Source of the DNA: Nitrospirota bacterium
GTDB taxonomy: Bacteria > Nitrospirota > Nitrospiria > Nitrospirales > Nitrospiraceae
DNA length: 64,000 nucleotides
NCBI GenBank assembly: GCA_963701855.1
Contig: CAVPBK010000003.1
Location: 164,045 to 228,044 of the forward strand
Direction: 5' to 3'
Shown here: piece after piece, positions 30,135 to 39,191 of the stretch
Layout of the letters: the number at the start of each line of letters is the position of its first letter
Numbering within the stretch: position 1 is the first letter of the stretch
The notes under the pieces: generated by a model
Told to the model about the DNA's origin: nothing
The model's input: the letters and a program-made list of their open reading frames with translations, nothing else
Database searches by the model: none
Made by a program: the position numbers and the translations under genes

Positions 30135-30552
30135 TTAGTTCACTGCCTGGCCCTGGAGGAAGAGGGCCTGCTCCAGGGTGCGGAAGAACTTGTGATAGGG
30201 AGCCGGATCTTCGACGGCGCGCAGGTAGTATTGGGTACTGGCGCGCACGACCAGCTGTGTTTCGTTTCGTGTGCGCACGGTGACGCCGATCACGTCTTAA
30301 AATTTTGGCTCGGCGGACCGCGCAGCTGTCACCAGGCCCAAGGGTTCGTTTGCCCATTCGATGATAAAGCCCAAGTCCTGCAGTGCGGCAATGACTTCAC
30401 TCGAAGGTGCGGGTCTGAACGCTTCGGATCTTCATCTGCGCTTCGGTCAGCGCGAGTAAGTCCTGGTTCGGTTCCGGAGCTGCGCACCTCTGCAGGAACA
30501 ACGCCCCCGCGATGACAATGATGACCGAGATTGTTCGCACGATGTTCATCAT
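30135..30552 (-). pseudogene. Degraded lipoprotein, paralog of 30563-31135
   Basis: ...SVQTRTFE* then frameshift to EVIAALQDLGFIIE...KF*DV...YHKFFRTLEQALFL. Confidence 0.75.
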
Positions 30553-30562
30553 GGTTTCTCGA

Positions 30563-31135
30563 TCAGAGTGCGAAGGCCTCTAGGAAGACTGCCTTCGAAA
30601 GCTTGGCAAAGAATTGCTGGTACATCACTGGATCGCGGAGCATTTCTATCTTTTGCTGGCCTGGCGGGATGTATCCGCGATTGGCCTGGCCATCCCCCTT
30701 CCAGACGACCCGATAGAATATGATTCTGACTTCCTGGCGCGTGGCCTCCGAATTGATCGGCCGTGTGATGCGTACGGCTGCGATTTTCTAGCGGAGATCC
30801 ACGGGCATGATGAATCTGCCCAAGGAGAGCACGAAGGCGAACAAACGGACGATGTCCTGACCTTACTCTCTGGCGCTCCGTTCCTTGGTGGCTTGCAGGA
30901 ATCCCATGTCTTGCACTCTCTCCTCCATCTGAAAGCCGAGATCCTGAAGGACGGCGGCTGAGGCAGACAGCAACTCCACTTCGTCCTTGGTCTCGAAGAA
31001 GCGGGTCTGCACGGCCTTGTTGCGAGAACTCTCTGCAGTGAGCCGGAAGAGTTCTGCCGGCTGGGTATATGTGGCACAGCCGGCGAGCTGGCTCGAAAGG
31101 AGAAGACATGTCTCTGCCACGAGGGCTCGCCGCAT
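30563..31135 (-). pseudogene. Lipoprotein with two in-frame stops
   Basis: LAGC lipobox, QTRFFET, VLQDLGF, TAA at 30863 and TAG at 30788; continues in frame to YQQFFAKLSKAVFLEA. Confidence 0.8.
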
Positions 31136-31154
31136 TCTGGTACTACCACTCTTG

Positions 31155-31550
31155 CTAGAACTGCGTAGAGCTGTAGGCAAAGTCGCGGACATTTTTCTCT
31201 TCGTCGTATTTGATGATGATGGTGAGGGTGCGCTGCCTTGTTGAGCTGGAACTTTCGCTCGATTTGGTGCCCATGATGAAGGTGATGCCACCAATAGACG
31301 AATTGGCCATGTCCACCCGATCGGTCGAGACCTTGTCGTAGATCCAAACTTCACGACGCTTGTCATCGGTCGTGACGATGTTAGGACTGCCGAGCAATTC
31401 CGCGACCTGGGAGGCAGACATGCCGACTTTGATCTCTCCCTGAACCTTTCCGACGGTCAGTCGGTCTTCTTTGATTTCAGCCCTCCCACTAGCACAGCTT
31501 GCAATGATGACCGACGAACACAGTCCTAATACGATCCATGCGTTCTTCAT
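31155..31550 (-). CDS. SmpA/OmlA (BamE)-domain lipoprotein
   Basis: IASC lipobox, IKVGMSASQVAELLGSP, EVWIY. Confidence 0.8.
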   Translation of the reverse strand: MKNAWIVLGLCSSVIIASCASGRAEIKEDRLTVGKVQGEIKVGMSASQVAELLGSPNIVTTDDKRREVWIYDKVSTDRVDMANSSIGGITFIMGTKSSESSSSTRQRTLTIIIKYDEEKNVRDFAYSSTQF

Positions 31551-31777
31551 CTGGTGTTTTCCTTCTGCGTGATGTTTCATTGGAGCATGATGTCATGCGA
31601 GAGTATGTGTGGCTCCCTTCCCTCAGCCGGTTCGACCACCTCCCTCTATTCCTGGTACAGGCGGTTGCTTTTGACACTTCCCTCAGTCTCGGAAGATACT
31701 CTTTTTGCGTAGAGAAAACACTCAGCCTTGAAAGGGCGTGAAAAGTGAAACGAGCGTGATTGGCGAGACCGGGCTAG

Positions 31778-31832
31778 ATTATCTGGTGTGTGGGTTTGTC
31801 CAGATGAACCCAGTAAACCAGACAGACCAGAC
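31778..31832. repeat. Short 9-mer palindromic repeat
   Basis: TATCTGGT...CCAGATGAACCCAGTAAACCAGACAGACCAGAC. Confidence 0.6.
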
Positions 31833-31845
31833 CTGCCCCGGTTGC

Positions 31846-32208
31846 TTACTTGGCAGTGATGCGCATGTGTTCGGCCTCAGTAGGAGGGCCACACGTCGAT
31901 TTTTCGTAACAGGATTGGACGGTCACGTTCCACATTTCTTCATGGTTGGCGCCAGCGTCCTTGCAGGACACCGTTGTGGTATCTGCGGGGATGAACTGCA
32001 CTGTTTTCTTCGCCTGCTTGCTCTGGCCGGTCACTGTGAGCTGATACCCGGTGACTTTCTGGTCGGTCGTCTTATCCCATGCGATGCTACAATGCGGCCC
32101 TATGGTTGTCGGCTGCTGCTTCGATGGGGTTGCACAACCAATATTCATTAGTAGCGAAATCACAAGCAGAAACTCTAAGTGTTTTGCCAGGATTGCTGTA
32201 GGTTTCAT
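31846..32208 (-). CDS. Lipoprotein with FN3-like beta domain
   Basis: NIGC lipobox, SIAWD...VTGYQL...WNVTVQS. Confidence 0.6.
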   Translation of the reverse strand: MKPTAILAKHLEFLLVISLLMNIGCATPSKQQPTTIGPHCSIAWDKTTDQKVTGYQLTVTGQSKQAKKTVQFIPADTTTVSCKDAGANHEEMWNVTVQSCYEKSTCGPPTEAEHMRITAK

Positions 32209-32349
32209 ATGCGCCTTCAGGACAGAGGGCTGCTAGGTTTGGGACTGGTTTGAGGCTATAGGATACAGGGGTGAGAATCTGGTTTCTACTTCTCAGAGGG
32301 TGGTAGTTTTTGATCACTAGTATCACTTAGACGGAGGGAGGCTATCTCG

Positions 32350-32877
32350 ATGGCGATGTCTGCGGCTTTGTCGAATAAGGCGGTTCAGGCTGCATGGGAA
32401 AAATTGGCTGAGGATGTCCGCACGGGGGTTCTGCTGACGCTCAGAAATGGGCGGCCGTTTGGGTCACATGTGCCCTATGTTTTTGGCGAACACTGGATAC
32501 GTGCCTACATTCATGTGAGTCGGTTGGCGTTGCATACTGAACATCTGTTGCATGACCCTCGCGTAGGGCTGTTTGTCTCGGAGCCGGATCAGCTGGGGAA
32601 GAACCCTTTGGCCCTCAGGCGAATGAACCTTCAGGGTGAAGCAACACCGTTGAATGTTGGTGCGCCGGACTATGCTGAAGTGAAAGAGCGTTATCTGGCT
32701 CGATTTCCCCAATCGGCCATGATGTTTGGCTTTGCGGATTTCTCGCTCTGGGAACTGCGGCTACAGGACGCGCACTTAGTTTTGGGATTCGGGCAGGCCT
32801 ACCTTGCCGAGGCCGCCACCCCTTTCGCCTGGACACATCAGAAACCTAATACGAAGAGCGTGAAAGGTGAGACGTGA
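32350..32877 (+). CDS. HugZ / pyridoxamine 5'-phosphate oxidase-like protein
   Basis: GRPFGSHVPY, HVSRLALHTEHL, FADFSLW, LVLGFGQA. Confidence 0.88.
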   Translation: MAMSAALSNKAVQAAWEKLAEDVRTGVLLTLRNGRPFGSHVPYVFGEHWIRAYIHVSRLALHTEHLLHDPRVGLFVSEPDQLGKNPLALRRMNLQGEATPLNVGAPDYAEVKERYLARFPQSAMMFGFADFSLWELRLQDAHLVLGFGQAYLAEAATPFAWTHQKPNTKSVKGET

Positions 32878-32941
32878 GAGGTTTCAGAGGAAAGCCAATC
32901 GGCGTCTTTACATTTCAATGTCACCCTTTGCATCTCACGTC

Positions 32942-33157
32942 TCACGGTTCGCTCTGAGCTGAGGATCGGTAGGTGAAATAGAGCGCGATGCTTCCTATCA
33001 GAGCGATGATCACGCCAGCAAAAAATAGAGTGTCAAAGCTCAGGGGCGCGATGTAGTGGTGGTATAGGAAGGGCAGCAGAATGGGGGAGATCACGGCCAG
33101 GGTGAGGCCCAGCATGTGACGCTTCAGATAGATCGGTTCGCCCGGCTTACGACTCAT
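32942..33157 (-). CDS. Small two-TM hypothetical protein
   Basis: 71-aa ORF, GAGGG RBS. Confidence 0.65.
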   Translation of the reverse strand: MSRKPGEPIYLKRHMLGLTLAVISPILLPFLYHHYIAPLSFDTLFFAGVIIALIGSIALYFTYRSSAQSEP

Positions 33158-33251
33158 GTCCGACGAGTTCCCTCAGATATTTCCTCCACGTTCTTCTATT
33201 GCTCCCTTGAGGGTAGGGCGAGCACGTCACAATTCTCTACACTTCTCTCTA

Positions 33252-33347
33252 AAGGAGTGGCCAAGGTTGCCCTTTACTGCGCGCATCGAACGAGCACTTT
33301 CTGAATGTGCGCGTTCTGCGAGCAAGAAGGGCACCTGGCCGCTCCTT
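33252..33347. repeat. Long imperfect hairpin repeat
   Basis: AAGGAGTGGCCA-AGGTTGCCC ... GGGCACC-TGGCCGCTCCTT; core GACTGCG..CATCGAACGAGCA partly recurs near 55734-55755. Confidence 0.65.
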
Positions 33348-33354
33348 CCCTTCT

Positions 33355-33828
33355 CTATTTCACGAGGAACGGTTTTGAGTTTTCTCCCGAGGCAGTGGTA
33401 ACGCTGAGGAGGACCAGGCCCCTCTTCCCTCCGTTTGGCACGGTCGTTGTGATGCTGTCTTTAATCTGTTGAAACTGAGCTGGGTGGCCCGGGCCAAAGG
33501 AGACGCCTCGTAAACAGGCAGCCTCACCGAAGCTGCTCCCGGTGATGGTGATCTTGTCTCCTGCTTTTCCTTCGTCAGGCGTGATTTTGTCAAGCTTCGG
33601 TGCTTCACCGAAACAGGCGGTAGACTTTCCCGCGGTCTCTGGCATAGCGGATTTCGTAGCGGTCGATTTTTTGGCGAGCGCGTTCGTGCGTGCCTGGGCC
33701 GGCTTTTTCACCTGCTTCTCCTGCTTAACTGGTTCGGCGGCCCAGGCGACGACCGGGATGATTGCTGCCAGGCTGAGTGCCAGTACTCCAATTGCGATCG
33801 TGATTCTCGTCCCTATTGCTGTATCCAT
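33355..33828 (-). CDS. Exported IPT/TIG-domain protein
   Basis: Signal peptide, PKLDKITPDEGKAGDKITITGSSFG. Confidence 0.8.
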   Translation of the reverse strand: MDTAIGTRITIAIGVLALSLAAIIPVVAWAAEPVKQEKQVKKPAQARTNALAKKSTATKSAMPETAGKSTACFGEAPKLDKITPDEGKAGDKITITGSSFGEAACLRGVSFGPGHPAQFQQIKDSITTTVPNGGKRGLVLLSVTTASGENSKPFLVK

Positions 33829-33895
33829 GACGTCCTCCAATTGAATTATTGTGATCACGACATCGCATTGATCACCGGTCTTGAAGCCGGTTGAA

Positions 33896-35785
33896 TCAAT
33901 CTTCGATCGTCGAGATATCTCCAAGATCCTGTCCGAGCTCTTTCGCTTTGAGTACCCGCCGCATGATTTTCCCAGATCGGGTTTTGGGGAGTGAGGGTAC
34001 GATATCGATTTCGGACGGCACGGCGATTTTGCCCAACTCCTTCATCACTTGGTCCTTGATCGATTGGATCAGTGCCGGACTACCTACTTCCCCTTGCTTC
34101 AAAATGATAAAGGCTTTGATGGATTCGCCGACGAGCTTGTGCGGCTTGCCGATCACCGCCGCTTCCGCCACGGAGTGATGGCTGACCAGCGCGCTTTCCA
34201 CTTCGGCGGTGCCGAGCCGGTTGCCGGCTACTTTAATTACGTCATCAGCGCGGCCCATGAACCACATGTAGCCGTCTTTGTCTTTGTGGCAGATGTCGCC
34301 GGCGGTGTAGCAGTTCGGAATCGTGTTCCAATAGGTCTTGTAGCGTTCCGGATCTTTGTAGATGGTCCGCATCATCGAGGGCCAGGGTTTTTTGATGACG
34401 GCAAGGCCGCCGGCATTGGCGGGGAGGCTGTTGCCTTGACTGTCTACGACATCGGCTTCGATGCCAAGGAAAGGTCTGGTTGCGGAGCCTGGCTTCAAGG
34501 GAACGGACGGCAGGGGGGTAATCAGGATACATCCTGTTTCGGTCTGCCACCAGGTGTCCATGATTGGTTTATCCCCACCGGCTGCGCGATGGAACCATTC
34601 CCAGGCTTCCGGATTGATCGGTTCGCCCACGCTGCCTAGGATGCGCAGGGTGGAGAGATCATATTTTTTAGGCCAGTCTTCTCCGTAGCGCATGAGCAGG
34701 CGAATGGCGGTGGGGGTCGTATAGAAAATCGAGACGCCATAGCGTTCGATCAAGTCCCACCAGCGGCCCGGGTTTGGATAGTCCGGTTTGCCTTCAGCAG
34801 TGAGGATTGTGGCGCCGTTGAGGAGGGGACCATACACAATGTAACTGTGGCCGGTGACCCAGCCTGGGTCGGCGACACAGAAGTAGACATCTTCTTCTTT
34901 GAGGTCGAAGACGTATTTCGTGGTGATGTAGGTTCCGACCATGTAGCCGCCATGGACGTGGACTACGCCTTTGGGTTTGCCAGTCGTGCCGGACGTATAG
35001 AGGATGTACAACGGATGTTCTGCATCTAGAGGCTCGGCCTCGCAGATCGCCTTTTCATCTTTCAGCCAATCGTGCCAATCGATTTCTTTCGGTGTTGATA
35101 GACTTACCCCCGGAGTTTGACGCCGTAATACGACGACATGTTCTACGGTGGGGGAATTAGCGACGGCTTGGTCGACCACTGGCTTGAGGTTGAGGATCTT
35201 TCCCCGGTCGAACCCGACGTCGGCTGTAATGACCAGTTTAGATTCGGCATCCTGAATACGGTTCGCAAGGGCCGGGGCGCTGAATCCTGAGTACACTACA
35301 CTATGAATGGCGCCGATGCGTGCACAGGCGAGCATGGCGACGATCTGTTCGGGAACTTTCGGAAGGTAGATCGTGACTCGGTCGCCTTTCTTGATCCCGA
35401 GTGTCTTGAGCGCATTCGCGCAACGATTGACCTGACGGTACAGCTCGCCATAGGTGATGATCCGTTCTTGGTCGTTTTCGCCCACCCAGATGACGGCGAC
35501 TTTGTTCCTGCGCCATGTTTTAACGTGACGGTCCAGACAGTTATAGGTGATATTGCAGGTGGCGCCGACAAACCACTTGGCCCAGGGGTAATTCCATTCG
35601 AGAACCTTGGTCCAGGGGGAGAACCACTCAAGCTCCTTGGCGACGCCGCTCCAGAAACCTTCGGGGTCGGCAATCGATTTCTTGTAGGCGCTCTCATAGT
35701 CCTGAATATGGGCAACGGCTCTGGTCTGAGCGGTCGGTTGATACACGCGGCTTTCCTTGAGGAGGGAATCGATGTTCTCTGCCAT
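33896..35785 (-). CDS. acs: Acetyl-CoA synthetase
   Basis: YTSGTTGKPKG, DTWWQTETG, PKTRSGKIMRR. Confidence 0.96.
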   Translation of the reverse strand: MAENIDSLLKESRVYQPTAQTRAVAHIQDYESAYKKSIADPEGFWSGVAKELEWFSPWTKVLEWNYPWAKWFVGATCNITYNCLDRHVKTWRRNKVAVIWVGENDQERIITYGELYRQVNRCANALKTLGIKKGDRVTIYLPKVPEQIVAMLACARIGAIHSVVYSGFSAPALANRIQDAESKLVITADVGFDRGKILNLKPVVDQAVANSPTVEHVVVLRRQTPGVSLSTPKEIDWHDWLKDEKAICEAEPLDAEHPLYILYTSGTTGKPKGVVHVHGGYMVGTYITTKYVFDLKEEDVYFCVADPGWVTGHSYIVYGPLLNGATILTAEGKPDYPNPGRWWDLIERYGVSIFYTTPTAIRLLMRYGEDWPKKYDLSTLRILGSVGEPINPEAWEWFHRAAGGDKPIMDTWWQTETGCILITPLPSVPLKPGSATRPFLGIEADVVDSQGNSLPANAGGLAVIKKPWPSMMRTIYKDPERYKTYWNTIPNCYTAGDICHKDKDGYMWFMGRADDVIKVAGNRLGTAEVESALVSHHSVAEAAVIGKPHKLVGESIKAFIILKQGEVGSPALIQSIKDQVMKELGKIAVPSEIDIVPSLPKTRSGKIMRRVLKAKELGQDLGDISTIED

Positions 35786-35869
35786 GGTGCGATGACTCCT
35801 TCAGGTCAAGGTGCGAAGCAAATCGCGCTCATTATGCTGGAGGTGCGTGGGGGAACTCAACTATACCTG

Positions 35870-35994
35870 CAGGATGCTCAAAAAGGCCGTCCAGCAAGGC
35901 CGCAGCGAGTGAAGGCCCGGAGGCGTACCCTCTGGGGTACGTTGAGGGTCTGAACGATGCGAGAACGCTGCTGGCGGACTTTTTCAGCATCCTG
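35870..35994. mobile_element. MITE-like element, family A, inverted relative to 29449
   Basis: CAGGATGCTCAAAAA...TTTTTCAGCATCCTG followed by TTAG. Confidence 0.8.
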
Positions 35995-36085
35995 TTAGAC
36001 CTCGGTCTGCCGTTTCTTGACAGTCGCGTAAAGGCGAGAGTAGGGTAAATTTATTGCAGGTCACACGTTGAGAGCAGGCCATTTG

Positions 36086-37468
36086 ATGTTGCCGGTCATC
36101 CTCCGACAATCGCGGCCCTCCTTCCTTCTCGCGTTTCTCGCATATTCGCTGGTAGCAGCGGTCTGTCTTCCGTCGGCGTTCGCCCAAATGGGGAAGCCGG
36201 AAGGGCTGTATTACAAGTCATGGGCCATTGTTATCGGGGTGGAGAACTATCTTCTGGCCCCGAAAATTTCCGGCGCGATTGAGGATGCCAAAGCAGTGGC
36301 CCAGGCGCTCCGTCGACTGGACTTCGATGAGGTTATTGAACTCTATGACAAGGATGCGAGCGCTCGCCGCGTGCAGCAGATACTCTCGGATTTTTTGCCT
36401 CGCAAGGTCGGTCGATATGATCGTCTTGTGCTCTATTTCGCCGGACATGCCGGTGTCACACAGGACCTTGATGGCATGGAGCTTGGCTATCTCGTTCCTT
36501 GGGATGCGCAGCTGGGAAATGTGTCAAAATCGGTGACGTTTGAACAGCTGAAGGAGTTCAGCCGTCGGAGCGCGTCTAAACACACCCTGTTCTTCTTGAA
36601 TGTTGCGGCTCGTGGGTGGGAGGTGAGCACGGCTCAGCCCCTGTTCCTCGAAGGTCGGTTGTCTCCGGAAGACGAGACGGAGCGGCGAGCCGTGCAAGTG
36701 TTGACGGCTGGCGATAAGGGTGAGTCGTTGAGTCAGGAAAATGGGAGGAGTCTGTTCGTGCAAGCACTGGTGAACGGGTTGAGCGGAACGGCAGATCGTA
36801 ATAAAAATGGATGGCTCATGGCTTCGGAAGTCGGAGCCTATGTCATACAACAAGTTCTGGAACGGTCGAAAGACACCCAGCATCCCTTCTTTATGCAGCT
36901 TGAGGGAGAAGGGGATACGGTGTTGATCGAGGGCCGAAAGGCCGCCTTTATCATGGGGGCAGAGCCCCAGTCTCCGTTCGAACGACGACAGGCGGCGAAG
37001 ATGCAATATGAACAGGCCTTCGCGCTTCTCCAGACCGGGAAATCGCCGGAGGAGACGCTGGAGCGACTGGATAAAGCCCTGGAATACGACCCTACGTTTG
37101 GTGACGCCTACGTGCTCAAGAGCTATGTGCGGCTAGAAGTGCTGCCGAACCTTGACGATGCGTTGTCTGCAGCAAAGCTGGCGGTGCAGTATGCCCCGCA
37201 GAATCCGGATTCTCAGTATACGCTCGGGTTGATTTACGAAAAGCGAGGGCAGTATGTCGAAGCTGAGCGTGCCATGAGGGAGTCGCTGCTGGTCAATCCC
37301 ACCTATGCCGATGTCTATTTCTCGCTGGGAATCCTCTATGCCGACGAGATGAAGGATCAACCGAAGTCGGTCGAGGCATTCACGCGCTATCTCGAACTAG
37401 GGGGCAACCATGTCCGTGCTAGGGCTGCCATTGTACAGCCAATCCCTGCCGCTCCCTCGAAGCCTTAG
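36086..37468 (+). CDS. Exported caspase-like (peptidase C14) domain plus TPR protein
   Basis: SWAIVIGVENY, LYFAGH, GYLVPWDA, SLFVQAL, C-terminal TPRs. Confidence 0.88.
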   Translation: MLPVILRQSRPSFLLAFLAYSLVAAVCLPSAFAQMGKPEGLYYKSWAIVIGVENYLLAPKISGAIEDAKAVAQALRRLDFDEVIELYDKDASARRVQQILSDFLPRKVGRYDRLVLYFAGHAGVTQDLDGMELGYLVPWDAQLGNVSKSVTFEQLKEFSRRSASKHTLFFLNVAARGWEVSTAQPLFLEGRLSPEDETERRAVQVLTAGDKGESLSQENGRSLFVQALVNGLSGTADRNKNGWLMASEVGAYVIQQVLERSKDTQHPFFMQLEGEGDTVLIEGRKAAFIMGAEPQSPFERRQAAKMQYEQAFALLQTGKSPEETLERLDKALEYDPTFGDAYVLKSYVRLEVLPNLDDALSAAKLAVQYAPQNPDSQYTLGLIYEKRGQYVEAERAMRESLLVNPTYADVYFSLGILYADEMKDQPKSVEAFTRYLELGGNHVRARAAIVQPIPAAPSKP

Positions 37469-37598
37469 CAGGTTGCTCAACCTGGTTTGTTTTGTTTATC
37501 TGGTTCATCTGGTCTGTCTGGTTTAACCAAAGAAACGAGACAAACCAAATAAACTAAATAACGCTCTTCTTCTGCTGGCGGATTTTTTCAGCAGTCTG
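37469..37598. mobile_element. MITE-like element with family A ends and 9-mer palindromic core
   Basis: TTAG|CAGGTTGCTCAA...CTGGCGGATTTTTTCAGCAGTCTG; same length as and similar to 51565-51694. Confidence 0.75.
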
Positions 37599-37601
37599 CT
37601 G

Positions 37602-37772
37602 TTAGGTTCGTTCGCCGCCCTTCAGATACCCCAGCCCAATCTTGACTGCTTTCCGGGTAATTTCTGCCCAGCGGACTTGAGGATATTCGGCGAGGACCGC
37701 GGCTGCTTTGGGATCTTGAACTTCCAAACTCAGAATTTTAATGATGCCATCATCTATCTGGACATCTGTCAC
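37602..37772 (-). CDS. Small hypothetical protein (56 aa)
   Basis: Manual translation (M)TDVQIDDGIIKILSLEVQDPKAAAVLAEYPQVRWAEITRKAVKIGLGYLKGGERT*; GGGAGG RBS. Confidence 0.7.
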   Translation of the reverse strand: MTDVQIDDGIIKILSLEVQDPKAAAVLAEYPQVRWAEITRKAVKIGLGYLKGGERT

Positions 37773-37948
37773 GGGCATCCTCCCTTAGGGAAACAGTGAG
37801 ACGGTTAACCATCTGCCGTCGGTTTCGTTGACTGGGGTATGGGTGCATGTTAGCATGAATTTACGTGAATTCTCGAACCTTCGTTGTGCCATCGGCGGCC
37901 GGTATGTCGAATTTTCTCCGTCCTGATCATCACCAAGGAGGCATGCAC

Positions 37949-38515
37949 ATGAATAAGGTATTGGGGTTAAGGTCGAAGTTGGTCGGGGGAGGAATGGCTA
38001 TTGTCCTGCTGATCGGACTTGCTGCCTGCGGCGGACCTCCGAAATGGGTGAAACAAGGATCGGGGGCGTTTAATGAGAATGACAGTAAAGGCTTTTATGG
38101 CGTTGGGTCTGTCGTCGGTGTTCGGAACGAGCCGCTGGCCTGGGACACCGCTGAAAATCGTGCCAGGGCAGAAATCGCCAAGACCTTTGAAACCTATACA
38201 GGCTACTTGATGCGTGACTATGCGGCCTCCACGACGGCCGGAGATTTTACCAAGAACACGGAAGAGCAGAATGTCGAGCGGGCCATTAAGACGGTGACAA
38301 CGACGACCCTCAGTGGCGTGCGCCCCATCGAGCGTTACAAGGATGAGAAAACGAACACGTACTACGTGCTGGCCAAGCTGAATCTCGAGGAGATGAAGAA
38401 TAATCTTGAGCAGGCGAAAGAACTCAACGCGCAGGTTCGCGATTACGTGAGAAAGAATGCCGATAAGCTCTTTGATCGGCTTGAGAAAGAAGAAGAGAAA
38501 CGGGCGCCGCGCTAA
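37949..38515 (+). CDS. LPP20-family lipoprotein
   Basis: LAAC lipobox, PKWV, FYGVGS, AENRARAEIAK; AAGGAGG RBS. Confidence 0.85.
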   Translation: MNKVLGLRSKLVGGGMAIVLLIGLAACGGPPKWVKQGSGAFNENDSKGFYGVGSVVGVRNEPLAWDTAENRARAEIAKTFETYTGYLMRDYAASTTAGDFTKNTEEQNVERAIKTVTTTTLSGVRPIERYKDEKTNTYYVLAKLNLEEMKNNLEQAKELNAQVRDYVRKNADKLFDRLEKEEEKRAPR

Positions 38516-38564
38516 GGGCTCCTACTGATCGACCGCAATTGCTGCATCTGCAAGGAGGTATCGC

Positions 38565-39176
38565 GTGAGCGTGATGGATCGAGGACGAATCGGGCTCGTG
38601 GCGATGGCGCTGTTGTTGCTGGCTGGTTGTGCGCAGGAGACAAAAATAACCAGGATCGACTCAGATGTCGTCACGGATCTGAGCGGGCGTTGGAACGATA
38701 CCGACTCCAGGATGGTTGCGGAGTCCATGGTCAAAGAGGCGCTGGAGAATCCCTGGCTGAACAATTTCTCCGGCTCCAAGCGACGCCAGCCGGTCGTCAT
38801 TGTCGGGGCTATCATGAACAACAGCCACGAACATATCGACGTCAACACCTTTGTGGCCGATCTTGAACGTGAGCTCACGAATTCCCAGAAAGTCACCTTT
38901 GTAGCAGGAAAGGGGGATCGCGAGGAACTTCGCACGGAACGCAAAGAGCAAGCGATACATGCCCGAGAGGATACGCAGAAAGCGCCGGGAAAAGAGATCG
39001 GCGCCGATTACATGATGAAGGGCACCATTGCGACGATCCTCGATGAGGCCGAGGGGACGAAGGCGGTGTTCTACCAGGTCGATCTACAGATGGTGGATTT
39101 GGAGAGCAATGCCAAGGTCTGGTACGGTCAGAAGAAGATCAAAAAAGTCGTCGAAAAGAAACATACCATCTTTTAG
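38565..39176 (+). CDS. LpoB/CsgG-like lipoprotein (penicillin-binding protein activator family)
   Basis: LAGC, DLSGRWNDTD, NNSHEHID, GADYMMKG, FYQVDL. Confidence 0.85.
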   Translation: MSVMDRGRIGLVAMALLLLAGCAQETKITRIDSDVVTDLSGRWNDTDSRMVAESMVKEALENPWLNNFSGSKRRQPVVIVGAIMNNSHEHIDVNTFVADLERELTNSQKVTFVAGKGDREELRTERKEQAIHAREDTQKAPGKEIGADYMMKGTIATILDEAEGTKAVFYQVDLQMVDLESNAKVWYGQKKIKKVVEKKHTIF

Positions 39177-39191
39177 GTTCCACGACCTCCG

